Part shown: positions 36,904 through 47,029 of the stretch, one piece after another
Layout of the letters: each line of letters begins with the position of its first letter
Position numbering within the stretch: the stretch's first letter is position 1
NCBI GenBank assembly: GCA_913040915.1
Contig: CAJWHW010000012.1
Location: forward strand, 1-52,586
Source of the DNA: an uncultured Fidelibacterota bacterium
Lineage (GTDB): Bacteria; Fidelibacterota; Marinisomatia; Marinisomatales; UBA1611
Direction: 5' to 3'
DNA: 52,586 bases
The notes under the pieces: generated by a model
What the model was told of the DNA's origin: nothing
Database searches by the model: none
Seen by the model: the letters and a program-made list of their open reading frames with translations, nothing else
Position numbers and translations under genes: made by a program

Positions 36904-37940
36904 TGCCTGAACTTTTGAAAAACCAACGCAACCTTTTTATCGTTAGCGTCAGCGGTATCATCCTATTGGTATGTATATGGTATTATGGTTTCCATCAAGG
37001 ACTGTCTTCCGCATATAGTGATATGAAAAAATCCCAAAAAAGCCTCATATCAAAGCGGAATAAATATAAGCGCATGAAGAATGAAATTATAAACATTCAA
37101 AATGATTGGGATATCCTAAATGAGGAGTTTGAAACTGTCATCCAGCGAATACCGAATAAATCATCTTTTGACCGAGTCTCAGATGCCGTATACATCATGC
37201 TGAAGAATAATGGATTATCTATCATTAATTATTCAGCTTCCAATGTTGCCATTGATAAAAAAACCATTTTAATTCCTGACAGTGATGATGAGATTATTAT
37301 TGAAAAAATTCCTATAGATATCGAAGTAAAAGGCTCTTTTGTAAACTTCGGGAAATTTTTAGAAAAAATGGCTAGCAACCGTTACAGACTTACAGCGTCT
37401 AATATTGATATCAAACAAATGGGGAAATCGTCTACTCAGATTATTAAATTTATTTCGTACGCATATTTTCAAACAGAAGTGAATAAAAAGTCCATAGCAA
37501 AAGTCAGTAAACCAAAAACACCAAAGAAAAAAGCGACACCATCAGTCAAGAAAATAGACCGGCCGGATGATGCGCCGGACGATGTGCCAGACTGGATGTT
37601 TGAACCAATTACAGAAACAGAAAAATCAACAAATATTTTGTCTGAGAAAAATAGTAAACCTGCAAAAATTAATAACGAATGGCTTGCACCTGAAAAAGTG
37701 GATAAAAATAAAGATGATATTTTCCCCAATTCTGCTAATGACCGTGAAGTAGAAATAACAAATAAAATTATCACATTATTGGATTCTGGCCCATATACGC
37801 TGGAAGATTTAAAATTTATGATAGATGATTATGATTCTGAGTATTCAATTATATTACAGTATCTTATTGATAACAAATCTATTGCATATAATGATAATGA
37901 CGAGTTGGTTCTCTTGAATACAGAGAAAAACAAGGAATAA
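36903..37940 (+). CDS. PilO/MshJ-like protein with long C-terminal extension
   Basis: N-terminal TM, coiled coil, QRIP, KIPIDIEVKGSFVNFGKFLEKM; ATG 36903 overlaps the upstream stop. Confidence 0.78.
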   Translation: MPELLKNQRNLFIVSVSGIILLVCIWYYGFHQGLSSAYSDMKKSQKSLISKRNKYKRMKNEIINIQNDWDILNEEFETVIQRIPNKSSFDRVSDAVYIMLKNNGLSIINYSASNVAIDKKTILIPDSDDEIIIEKIPIDIEVKGSFVNFGKFLEKMASNRYRLTASNIDIKQMGKSSTQIIKFISYAYFQTEVNKKSIAKVSKPKTPKKKATPSVKKIDRPDDAPDDVPDWMFEPITETEKSTNILSEKNSKPAKINNEWLAPEKVDKNKDDIFPNSANDREVEITNKIITLLDSGPYTLEDLKFMIDDYDSEYSIILQYLIDNKSIAYNDNDELVLLNTEKNKE

Positions 37941-38035
37941 TAGCAATTAATTCTTCCATAAAGGTGAATTTATTATTGACCACAAAAAGATTTTAGTTAC
38001 AGTAAATTTCTGGGTAGTTTAAGGTGTAATCCATT

Positions 38036-38584
38036 ATGACCCCAAGACTCAAAATTCTAACTGTAGGACTTGTTTTGTCCTTGATTTATGCGATCAGTGA
38101 TTACATTGCTCGTAATAGGGATGAAAAACCTGTTGAAGTAAGAAGAGAAGTAAAAGAGCGTCCGAAGACTGCTCGAGTAGACGTAAATCGAATAAAACGA
38201 CTTAAGGAAAAAAGTGCAAAGATTAAGAAGTCTAAAGAAAGACGACAAGAAATTGTCCCGGAAGATGATTTTATTCCCATACCAGAAAATATAGAAAGTA
38301 TGCAGGGTTGGGGAAGAAATCCATTTATCGTAACCAAAGAAAAACCTTTGGAAACACCAAAAGAAACAACTTCAGAAATAATTCAGGAATCTTCCTTTTC
38401 AGATTTGGAAGAATTAAAAATTGAGTCAGTTGCAAAACTTGGTGATAAAGTATTTGTAATTATAAATGGGCAGAGATTTCGTCAAGGAGATTTAATCAAT
38501 AATATGAAGATTGAATTAATTGAAAGTCAGAAAATTACCTTTCTAATGGGTAAGACAAGGATCATTAAAGACGTTGGCACATAA
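38036..38584 (+). CDS. GspB/MshK/PilP-like accessory protein
   Basis: N-terminal anchor, GRNPF, VFVIINGQRFRQGDLI..MKIELIE..KITF; located between pilO-like gene and secretin. Confidence 0.7.
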   Translation: MTPRLKILTVGLVLSLIYAISDYIARNRDEKPVEVRREVKERPKTARVDVNRIKRLKEKSAKIKKSKERRQEIVPEDDFIPIPENIESMQGWGRNPFIVTKEKPLETPKETTSEIIQESSFSDLEELKIESVAKLGDKVFVIINGQRFRQGDLINNMKIELIESQKITFLMGKTRIIKDVGT

Positions 38585-39878
38585 ATTTAGTATTATTCTT
38601 TTATTTCCATTATTGTTGGCCGGGCATCTCATTGGTCAAGATACACCTGGCTATATACCTTTAACCAAAGATGGTGAACAGTATAATTTAAATGAAAAAA
38701 TGTCAATCAACATGAAGGAGTCGGACATTAAAAATGTCCTCATGTTGATTGGTGAGTTAACCGGTTTGAATATTGTAATCAGTCCTGCAGTTAAAGATAC
38801 AATAACCGCAACTCTCGAAAATGTTTCGGTTAAGGCTGCACTAGATGCGATTTTGAAGCCAAATGGTTACAGTTATTTTGTGCAGGAAAATATCATTATT
38901 GTGAAAGGCAGCGATATTGAGATGGTCGGCGAATTGGAGACCAAAGTGGTTAAGTTAAAATATATTAATTCCGATGATTTGCAGGCACCAATGCAAGCTG
39001 TCATGTCTGCTAGAGGCAAGATTACATCATTTACACCCCTGGTTACTACTTCTAGTACTAAAGGTGCATCAAATATTGTTATCGTATCTGATATGCAGGA
39101 AAATATTCCCCATATTCTGAAAATGATTCAACTTTTAGATGTGCCCATACCTAATATCAATATTGCTGTTCGGTTTATCGAAACAAACCTAGATACTACC
39201 AGAGGAGATGGGATTGACTGGACTAAAGCACCTGTACAATTTGGAGGCTCTGCTGATTCAATTTCCATACCAATCAATCTTAGTAATATTACCATTGCTA
39301 CTTTGAACCCCATCCAGCTATCAGCTGCATTACGGGTAATGCAAGCGAGAGGGCAATCCAAACTTTTATCAAGTCCACAAGTAACCACATTGGATAATCA
39401 TGAAGCTGAAGCTGAAGTTGTGACTACTGTTTACATCGAAGGGAATATTAATAATTCGCAAAATCAATATCGACAGGGGAATCAACAAGCTCAAACTAAC
39501 AGCCCTTATGGAAACATCCTTGCCAATCAGGTTCAGGAAAAAGATATTGGAATTAAATTAAAAGTCACTCCAAGAATCAACGAAGCATCAAAGATTACCC
39601 TTTTAGTGGATGCAACGGTTGAAGCACTCCTCTCCGCTGCAGAAATCAATACAGATAAACCACGCTCAACAAAACGGACAGTAAAAACCCAGGTAACTGT
39701 AAGTGATGGGGACACAGCAATTATCGGTGGTCTCATTGCAGAAAATGTACTTGAAAACAAAAAATTTATTCCTATTATTAGTAATATTCCTCTTCTTGGT
39801 CAGATATTTCAATCCACATCTATTGAAAAAGAACAACGGGAATTACTGATCTTCATTACACCTAACGTAATCGGTTAA
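38574..39878 (+). CDS. Secretin (PilQ/GspD/MshL family)
   Basis: DIKNVLMLIGELTGLNIV N-domain, LLSSPQVTTLDN, GIKLKVTPRIN, DGDTAIIGGLI, IPLLGQIF, ELLIFITP. Confidence 0.93.
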   Translation: MAHKFSIILLFPLLLAGHLIGQDTPGYIPLTKDGEQYNLNEKMSINMKESDIKNVLMLIGELTGLNIVISPAVKDTITATLENVSVKAALDAILKPNGYSYFVQENIIIVKGSDIEMVGELETKVVKLKYINSDDLQAPMQAVMSARGKITSFTPLVTTSSTKGASNIVIVSDMQENIPHILKMIQLLDVPIPNINIAVRFIETNLDTTRGDGIDWTKAPVQFGGSADSISIPINLSNITIATLNPIQLSAALRVMQARGQSKLLSSPQVTTLDNHEAEAEVVTTVYIEGNINNSQNQYRQGNQQAQTNSPYGNILANQVQEKDIGIKLKVTPRINEASKITLLVDATVEALLSAAEINTDKPRSTKRTVKTQVTVSDGDTAIIGGLIAENVLENKKFIPIISNIPLLGQIFQSTSIEKEQRELLIFITPNVIG

Positions 39879-39885
39879 CAACCTT

Positions 39886-42735
39886 ATGCAGAAACACCTA
39901 CCTTACATTATTATTGCCTTTGGAGTTGCAGCCATAACCTGCATTTTATCTATTTTTGATCTCTATGATAATTTTGAGCATAATCTGTTGGATATGAGGT
40001 TCAAGAGCCGAGGACTTATTGATACAAGAACTGATATTGCAACAGCTGATATTGATGTAAGGGCTCTGCAATCGGAAGGGAAATGGGATCCTTGGAGCAG
40101 AGAAAAGCATATCCCAATGATAAACCTTGCTGCTGAGCACGGACTTGATGCATTTATTTTTGATATTTATTTTATTGAAGATAGTGAGCGAAAGCTGGAA
40201 TATAAAGTTCTTACCAGCATTACTGACAGCACACTAACAATGGAGAGCGTGAAAGATCTTTTTCCCGACCCTGATAATGATCTCGCCGATGCGGCAAAAC
40301 GTGCTGGGAATATCTTTTTTGCCCAAAGTTTCAAGCCTATGCCCAAGAAAAAGGGACCGGTGAAAAAACGGTCAGAAGTGATGGAACGAAGATTAAAACT
40401 ATTAGAAGAATATAAATTATTCCGTACTGTAGATCGGGAAAAGTACTCTACTCTATTTGATTTCTATGATATTGAAACAGCGGTAGATACATTGATAAAA
40501 AATTCTGCTGGTGTTTATTTCTTCCAATCAGACCCAGATCCAGATGGGTTACAGCGTAAGTACCCTTTGGTTGGAATCTATGAAAATAGAATCTTTCCTG
40601 CGGCTTCCCTGGCCATGGCGTTAAGACATTATGGCGTTTCCTTTGATGATGTAGAAATTGTACCTGGTAAATATCTTCGGTTTGATCTACCTGAAGCAGA
40701 TGAACACGGTCGCACAGAAATCTCAATCCCAATCAACGACAAAGGACAGATGCAGGTCAACTGGGCAGGAAACTGGGAAGATAAAGAAACTGGTGAATTT
40801 GATCTGATGCATTATCCCTATAATGTATTGAAAGAATTTCAGAAAAATGAATACTCCAACTATATTCTTGCTGAATTTAAAAAACTCATGAATCAATCTT
40901 TTGATGGGGATGTTAAAGCGGCCTATAAACCCGCTTTAGGCTATATTGATGCTTCTAAAAAAGATATTCTAGCAGCTGTAAAACAAGTAATGATGATGGG
41001 AGCATTAGAAAAATGGATTATGGCAAATCCCAATGGCACAGCAGCCGATTTTAAAAAAGCTCCTCCATTTGTTTTTAATGAGATTAAGAATAATAATACT
41101 ATAGCAAGTGCATTTTTAGATAAGAATCGGGAGAAAGATCCAACCCTGGATGAATTGATATCTAATGGTTCATTATTATTTGATCATGGACTGGATGACA
41201 ATTATCAGTTTTCTACTGTTCAACAGCTCCAGAAGGATCTACGAGATGCCAATTTGAAAAAAGCGGAGGCTAAACTTTCTCTGATTGAGCGAAATTTCAT
41301 GATTATATCTAATCTAAATCGTAATAACATGATCGCTGAGCAACGACCTCTGTATTTTTTCCCCAACTCGGAGAGACTGATCTACGGTAGTGAAGACAAA
41401 GGAACAGCGCGACTAATAGTTCCTTTTGAGTTCGTTGGAAAAAAATTATACTACGGCCTTACAGCAACCGGAACATCAGACTTGAACCCCATGCCCTTTG
41501 ACCCTAGATATCCTATGGTGGGTCTGCATGCAAATGCACTGAATACAATTCTGGATAATATAATTATATATGAAATTCCTAAAGCTCAGATTACTCTTAT
41601 CATTATTGTTTTAGGTATGTTGCTGGCTTTTGGAGTTCCAGCATTAAGTGCCGCTATGGGTGGTCTGGCAATAGGTATCCTTGTTGGTGCCTATGGCTGG
41701 CTCTCATTCTGGCTTTTTTCAACGCAGCATATCTGGCTGGATATGGTAGGCCCCTTATCTACATTGTCAATCGGATATCTAGGAATTACTGTATACAATT
41801 ACATCCAGGAAGAAAAGAATAAAAATTTCCTTAAAGAATCTTTTGGTACTTATGTTTCTCCTGAACTAATTGACCAAATGTACGAAAGCGGCGAAGAACC
41901 TTCGCTTGGTGGCGAAGAAGGATACCATACTGCTTTCTTTACTGACATCCAGAGCTTCTCTGCTTTTTCTGAAAAATTAACTGCTAGTGAACTTGTAACT
42001 CTTCTAAACCAATATCTGACAGATATGACCGATGTACTTCTTGAAAATAATGGAACCCTTGATAAATACATCGGAGATGCTATTGTTGCTTTTTATGGCG
42101 CACCCATAGAAGTAGATGATCATGAACTCTGGGCTTGCAGAACGGCCATCAAAATGCAAGAAAATCTAGCGATACTTCGAAAAGGCTGGCAGGAAGAAGG
42201 GGATCGATGGCCGGAAATCGTCCACCATATGCAAAATAGGATTGGTATAAGTTCTGGTCAAATGGTTACCGGTAATATGGGTTCAGAGGCTCGAATGAAC
42301 TATACCATGATGGGCGATAATGTCAATACAGCTGCTCGTTTAGAATCATCTGCCAAGCAATACGGTATCTACATACAGATCGCTGATAGTACCTATCAAC
42401 CAGTAAAAGATAGAGTTGTTATTCGTGACTTAGATAATGTCCGTGTCATGGGTAAGGAAGAACCAGTTAAGGTTTATGAATTAATATCAGAAATAGGGCA
42501 AGAGCCTGAACAATATAAAAAGATTTTACCAGCCTATCATGAAGCACTTGAACTTTATAAAAACCAGGAGTGGACAAAAAGTATAGAAGCGTTTAAGGCT
42601 TCAGATGCTCTGGAAGATATGTTCCCAGGCCGAAAAACAAATCCAAGTAGAATTTATATTCCTCGTTGCGAGCACTTTTTGGCCAACCCACCCGGTGATG
42701 ACTGGGATGGTGTCTGGACACTTACCAGCAAATAA
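39886..42735 (+). CDS. CHASE2-domain class III adenylate cyclase
   Basis: LDMRFK.RG, W.R..H, DPDG..R, PMVGLHANAL, 3 TM; FFTDIQSFS, LDKYIGDAI, NYTMMGDNVNTAARLE (Lys/Thr ATP-specifying pair); WDGVW.LTSK tail. Confidence 0.92.
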   Translation: MQKHLPYIIIAFGVAAITCILSIFDLYDNFEHNLLDMRFKSRGLIDTRTDIATADIDVRALQSEGKWDPWSREKHIPMINLAAEHGLDAFIFDIYFIEDSERKLEYKVLTSITDSTLTMESVKDLFPDPDNDLADAAKRAGNIFFAQSFKPMPKKKGPVKKRSEVMERRLKLLEEYKLFRTVDREKYSTLFDFYDIETAVDTLIKNSAGVYFFQSDPDPDGLQRKYPLVGIYENRIFPAASLAMALRHYGVSFDDVEIVPGKYLRFDLPEADEHGRTEISIPINDKGQMQVNWAGNWEDKETGEFDLMHYPYNVLKEFQKNEYSNYILAEFKKLMNQSFDGDVKAAYKPALGYIDASKKDILAAVKQVMMMGALEKWIMANPNGTAADFKKAPPFVFNEIKNNNTIASAFLDKNREKDPTLDELISNGSLLFDHGLDDNYQFSTVQQLQKDLRDANLKKAEAKLSLIERNFMIISNLNRNNMIAEQRPLYFFPNSERLIYGSEDKGTARLIVPFEFVGKKLYYGLTATGTSDLNPMPFDPRYPMVGLHANALNTILDNIIIYEIPKAQITLIIIVLGMLLAFGVPALSAAMGGLAIGILVGAYGWLSFWLFSTQHIWLDMVGPLSTLSIGYLGITVYNYIQEEKNKNFLKESFGTYVSPELIDQMYESGEEPSLGGEEGYHTAFFTDIQSFSAFSEKLTASELVTLLNQYLTDMTDVLLENNGTLDKYIGDAIVAFYGAPIEVDDHELWACRTAIKMQENLAILRKGWQEEGDRWPEIVHHMQNRIGISSGQMVTGNMGSEARMNYTMMGDNVNTAARLESSAKQYGIYIQIADSTYQPVKDRVVIRDLDNVRVMGKEEPVKVYELISEIGQEPEQYKKILPAYHEALELYKNQEWTKSIEAFKASDALEDMFPGRKTNPSRIYIPRCEHFLANPPGDDWDGVWTLTSK

Positions 42736-42748
42736 TTAATCCAATCGG

Positions 42749-45700
42749 ATGAAGTGCTGTAAGCGATTCCTGTTTTATCTGGCTATAGGGGTGTCTATCT
42801 CTATTCTTTCAGCGCAGGATCCCTTTGAATTAGACTCGGCACTTACCGAAACAGTTCCTCGTTCAATTTCTAATTCAATTCAGATAGCCGACTTAAATAA
42901 TGATGGCTATTCGGATATCATCTTATCAGGCTATGACTCAACACGTTTTGGTACTTTCTTAGATGTGATTTTAGGCAATGGTGATGGCATACTTTCTCAA
43001 GGATATGAAATATACTTTAACCAAGGTGATATATCCTTTGCTGAGTATTTAGGTGGCTTAGGCAATAGTACTATAGCAGATGTGGACCTTGATGGAGACA
43101 TTGATATATATATAAATGGATCTGATATATCAAAACTTCTATTTAACAATTCATCTGCATCTTTTAGTGAGTCTTCATGGCTTGAAAGTCTGGATATGAC
43201 ATACAGTAATGGTCAATGGGGAGATGTAAATATGGATGGTCGTCCAGATCTTTTTTTAATGGGATTAAATACAAATTATATTCTTAATGAACTATATATC
43301 AATACTGGTAATAATCTTCAGAAAGATCCAAGTACAATCTTTCCATCCTTACTTACAGGAAGCAGTACATGGGGTGATTATGATAATGACGGCGATCCTG
43401 ATCTTATTATTGGTGGAAGAACTGCGAATGCGATTTCATCTGTAACTAGGTTATATCAAAATGATCCAATAGGTCGACTCACAGAAGTTACTACAGCAGA
43501 TGCTATAATTGGTCTTAAGGCTGGAGCATCTAAATTTATTGATCTTGATTCAGATGGAGATTTAGATCTGATTACCACTGGTTGGAATAAAATAGATGGA
43601 AAACTCGTAACCTATATTTTTGAGAATGAACCTCTCGGAACATATTCGTTAGCTTCAGGTCAGATCAATTTTGCTGTTGCACATGGTACAATAGATGCCA
43701 TTGATTTTAATCTGGACGGTCTAAAAGACCTTGTTATAGCAGGCGCAGATTCAGTTACAAACTATGCTGAAACTGTGCACTCATTATCTGCAAAGGTATA
43801 TGTGAAAAACGTAGATGGGACTTTTACTTCTATCAAACATATTCGTGGTGCTCGTACCGCACGGTTTGTTGATATCAATCAGGATCGTATACCCGATATG
43901 ATTGCCGTTGGTACAACAGAGATAGGAAATTCTGATAGCACCTTTAGTAACGTATATCTAAATACGAATCCAGGGGTTAATGATTCGCCTGAACCTCCAG
44001 ATGCTTTAACAGCTTTCGCTGTAAGCACACGTGCTATTTTCACATGGGGGTCTGGATCAGATGATATTGACGGTCCTGCAAATCTATCATATAATGTACG
44101 TATTGGTACAACTCCAGGTGGGAATGAACTTATGTCCTCATCAGTACCATATAATTCTTCTAATGTAGGGCAGAGACTTATTCGAGAGTTTAACGAAATT
44201 CCTCATGGTACCTATTATTGGGCAGTGCAGACCGTAGACGGTTCTGGTAATACATCACAATGGTCCCAAGAAGATACTTTATTTATTGCAAGACTTGTCT
44301 CATCTACACAATCCTTGCCAGGCGTTTTTTATTCTTCAGCTGGTTGGGCAGACTATACTGAAGATGGTTTGCTAGATCTTGCTCTAACAGGAGTAACTTT
44401 TTCTGGTGCAAGTATTACAAACTTATTTGAAAATACTGATGGCTTATTATCGCAAGACTTAAGTCAGAATATTGCCGCGTTCTTTGGAGGACATATTTCT
44501 TGGGTAGACTATACCAATGATGGTCACCTTGATCTAGCCATGACGGGGTTCTCAGTTATTGATTTCTGTGGCTACTACAATACTAGCTTTTATAAATATG
44601 AAAATGGCTACTATATCAAAGACACTCAATCAGATTTTAATACTATTGATAAAAATAATGATAATACTCCAGATTATTGGGTCAACGGAGGAGTAAATGG
44701 TCATCACTGGGGTGATTATGATGATGATGGTGATTTAGACTATGTCCAAGGAGGATTTAATAACGCTTATTTACATTGTTATTATCCAGGTGTGTATCCA
44801 AATATCAGACATTTAGATGTTTTTTATAATGATAATGGAATAATGCGCCTTGATACCAACCAAGTCTTTCTTGTTCCAATAAATCCTGCGATCGTGCAAT
44901 GGGTGGATATTAATAGTGATGGAAGACTTGATCTTGTTACCATTGGTTCTGATAGCACTGAATCTCTTAGAATGCGTGTTTATACAAATAACTCTAATCA
45001 TATTTTAACCCCATCAATAGGATGGGATTCAGAGATGTTTGGTGTTACTGCTGGTGCAATTGCATTTGCTGATTATAATAGTGATGGATATTATGATTTT
45101 GCCTTAACAGGTAAAAACAATAATGAAGAATTAATAACATATATTGTTGAAAATTCTTTTAATCGTTTTACATTAAAATATTCTCTTCAGGGAATTTATT
45201 TTGGCAAACCTGCTTGGGGAGATTATGATGCAGATGGGGATCTTGACCTTGTTGTTACAGGTCAATCAAGTACAGAAGGAGAACTGGGCTTGGGTTCTGT
45301 ACCAGTAACTAATTTGTATTACCAAAAAGAAGATGGGACATTTGATATCGATACGACCTTATCAATTGATAGTGTTGGTATCAGTTTCACTCAATGGGGG
45401 GACTATGATGCGGATGGAGACCTTGACCTTTTTCTATCTGGCTTTAAAGCAAATGAAGATGTTGTTGCACAGGTATATGATAACCTAGAAGGCATAGAAA
45501 ATGCAAATAAACCACCAAATCCTCCATATTCTTTAGATGATTCTAATATTAATAATAACGAAGTCACTCTTACATGGAGTGCTCCAATGGATCCCTATAA
45601 TGCGAGTGGTGGCTCTACGGAAGAATTAGGACTTCGTTATCAGATCCAGATCGGATCTGATGATCAAAATAATGAACATGCTATTAGTACAGGGCACTAT

Positions 45701-47029
45701 GGAGTCGATGAGATAGGTACACTTAATAGGACTGAAAAAAGACTCGTGAATATTCCAGAAGGGGCATACAGTTGGAGAGTAAGGGCAATTGATAACGGGC
45801 ATGCTCACTCAAATTGGTCAAATTTTAACTACTTCTATATTGATGTTACAGCGCCAAGTGTAGATACAATACGTGCAAACTATGTCTCTGATGAACAGAT
45901 TATTCTCGTAGTCAAATTTAAAGAAGATTTTTACATTGATTTGAATATAGATCCAACAGTATCTGTCACACATCCTGATAATGCAGATTTAAATAATGAT
46001 GGGAAAAATGATACTCTCAAGGTAGAAAAACAAAGCTTTAATGGTGATGAGTGGACTGGTGTACTTATTCTACCTGATAATGATTCTTTAAGATATACAG
46101 GAAAAGCTATTCATATTCATGTAAGAGGTGCTCAGGATGAGCGCGAAAATAAAATGAACACTGTTTCTATTTTCAAAACACCTGAAAGTATTATATCACA
46201 ATTTGGTGGAACAGCTATAAGTGAAGATGGAAATGTATCCGTGCTTCTTCCTCAGAATGCTGTAACTGGCGATGTTTCACTTTCTATTAAAGGTTGGAAT
46301 TGGTTTCCCGATACTACCCTTTCACTTATTGATCCAAATGATTTAGAAAGAAGAACCTATCTTATTTCCGATATTTATGATATTAAACCATTTGATGTAA
46401 GTCTAAATAAACCTGGTATTCTTCGGATTGCCTATATGGACTCTATTTGTTCTTTCCTTTCTAATGGGTATGAATTTTATGATATAAATAAAAACACCTG
46501 CGATTCTCTTGGTGGAAGTTGGATTGCACTATCAGATTCGGGGCTTGTTCCATTCATTGGAAAACAAGATACAACAATACCTGTAGGGATAATGCCTATC
46601 CAAAAATTAGGTGGATCTGAAGTACAAATAAATAATAAACCTTATGTGCAAATCCAGATTGATACACTTGGAACCTATGGTGTGTTTATATCACAAGATT
46701 CATTATTGCAAAGAGACTCTTTGGAAATTGAAAAAGTTGTTTGCCAACCACGAATTTTTTCTCCTGCAGGATCCATTTTTGATTTTACACAAACTAATAT
46801 TCTCTATGATTTAGAGGAACCGGAAGATGTTACTGCAAGAATCTTTAATTTATCAGGAAGACTGAAACGCACTTTGAAACCTGAAATCGAAGGTCAGGCT
46901 GGACATCAAGTTATAAATTGGGATGGAAAGGATACCAATGGGAATGTAGTTCCCAGTGGACTTTATATAGTCACTTTAGAAAAAAGTGATACCATTCTTC
47001 GGACAACAGTAGGTGTTTTGAATCGATGA
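42749..47029 (+). CDS. Large secreted FG-GAP/VCBS beta-propeller + Fn3 protein with FlgD-Ig/T9SS-like C-terminal domain
   Basis: Signal peptide; >10 WGDYD.DGD.DL repeats in two blocks, each followed by Fn3 (YYWAVQTVD, YSWRVRAID); C-terminal PRIFSP...IFNLSGRL...WDGKD.NG..VPSGLY. Confidence 0.88.
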   Translation: MKCCKRFLFYLAIGVSISILSAQDPFELDSALTETVPRSISNSIQIADLNNDGYSDIILSGYDSTRFGTFLDVILGNGDGILSQGYEIYFNQGDISFAEYLGGLGNSTIADVDLDGDIDIYINGSDISKLLFNNSSASFSESSWLESLDMTYSNGQWGDVNMDGRPDLFLMGLNTNYILNELYINTGNNLQKDPSTIFPSLLTGSSTWGDYDNDGDPDLIIGGRTANAISSVTRLYQNDPIGRLTEVTTADAIIGLKAGASKFIDLDSDGDLDLITTGWNKIDGKLVTYIFENEPLGTYSLASGQINFAVAHGTIDAIDFNLDGLKDLVIAGADSVTNYAETVHSLSAKVYVKNVDGTFTSIKHIRGARTARFVDINQDRIPDMIAVGTTEIGNSDSTFSNVYLNTNPGVNDSPEPPDALTAFAVSTRAIFTWGSGSDDIDGPANLSYNVRIGTTPGGNELMSSSVPYNSSNVGQRLIREFNEIPHGTYYWAVQTVDGSGNTSQWSQEDTLFIARLVSSTQSLPGVFYSSAGWADYTEDGLLDLALTGVTFSGASITNLFENTDGLLSQDLSQNIAAFFGGHISWVDYTNDGHLDLAMTGFSVIDFCGYYNTSFYKYENGYYIKDTQSDFNTIDKNNDNTPDYWVNGGVNGHHWGDYDDDGDLDYVQGGFNNAYLHCYYPGVYPNIRHLDVFYNDNGIMRLDTNQVFLVPINPAIVQWVDINSDGRLDLVTIGSDSTESLRMRVYTNNSNHILTPSIGWDSEMFGVTAGAIAFADYNSDGYYDFALTGKNNNEELITYIVENSFNRFTLKYSLQGIYFGKPAWGDYDADGDLDLVVTGQSSTEGELGLGSVPVTNLYYQKEDGTFDIDTTLSIDSVGISFTQWGDYDADGDLDLFLSGFKANEDVVAQVYDNLEGIENANKPPNPPYSLDDSNINNNEVTLTWSAPMDPYNASGGSTEELGLRYQIQIGSDDQNNEHAISTGHYGVDEIGTLNRTEKRLVNIPEGAYSWRVRAIDNGHAHSNWSNFNYFYIDVTAPSVDTIRANYVSDEQIILVVKFKEDFYIDLNIDPTVSVTHPDNADLNNDGKNDTLKVEKQSFNGDEWTGVLILPDNDSLRYTGKAIHIHVRGAQDERENKMNTVSIFKTPESIISQFGGTAISEDGNVSVLLPQNAVTGDVSLSIKGWNWFPDTTLSLIDPNDLERRTYLISDIYDIKPFDVSLNKPGILRIAYMDSICSFLSNGYEFYDINKNTCDSLGGSWIALSDSGLVPFIGKQDTTIPVGIMPIQKLGGSEVQINNKPYVQIQIDTLGTYGVFISQDSLLQRDSLEIEKVVCQPRIFSPAGSIFDFTQTNILYDLEEPEDVTARIFNLSGRLKRTLKPEIEGQAGHQVINWDGKDTNGNVVPSGLYIVTLEKSDTILRTTVGVLNR

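Noticed and set aside
34033..39878. Classical type II secretion system
   Set aside because: ExeA/GspB-like parts are present, but PilM/N/O-like components, a PilX-type pilin, a pilin glycosylase and multiple strongly promoted pilins fit a surface filament better; formal classification needs MacSyFinder
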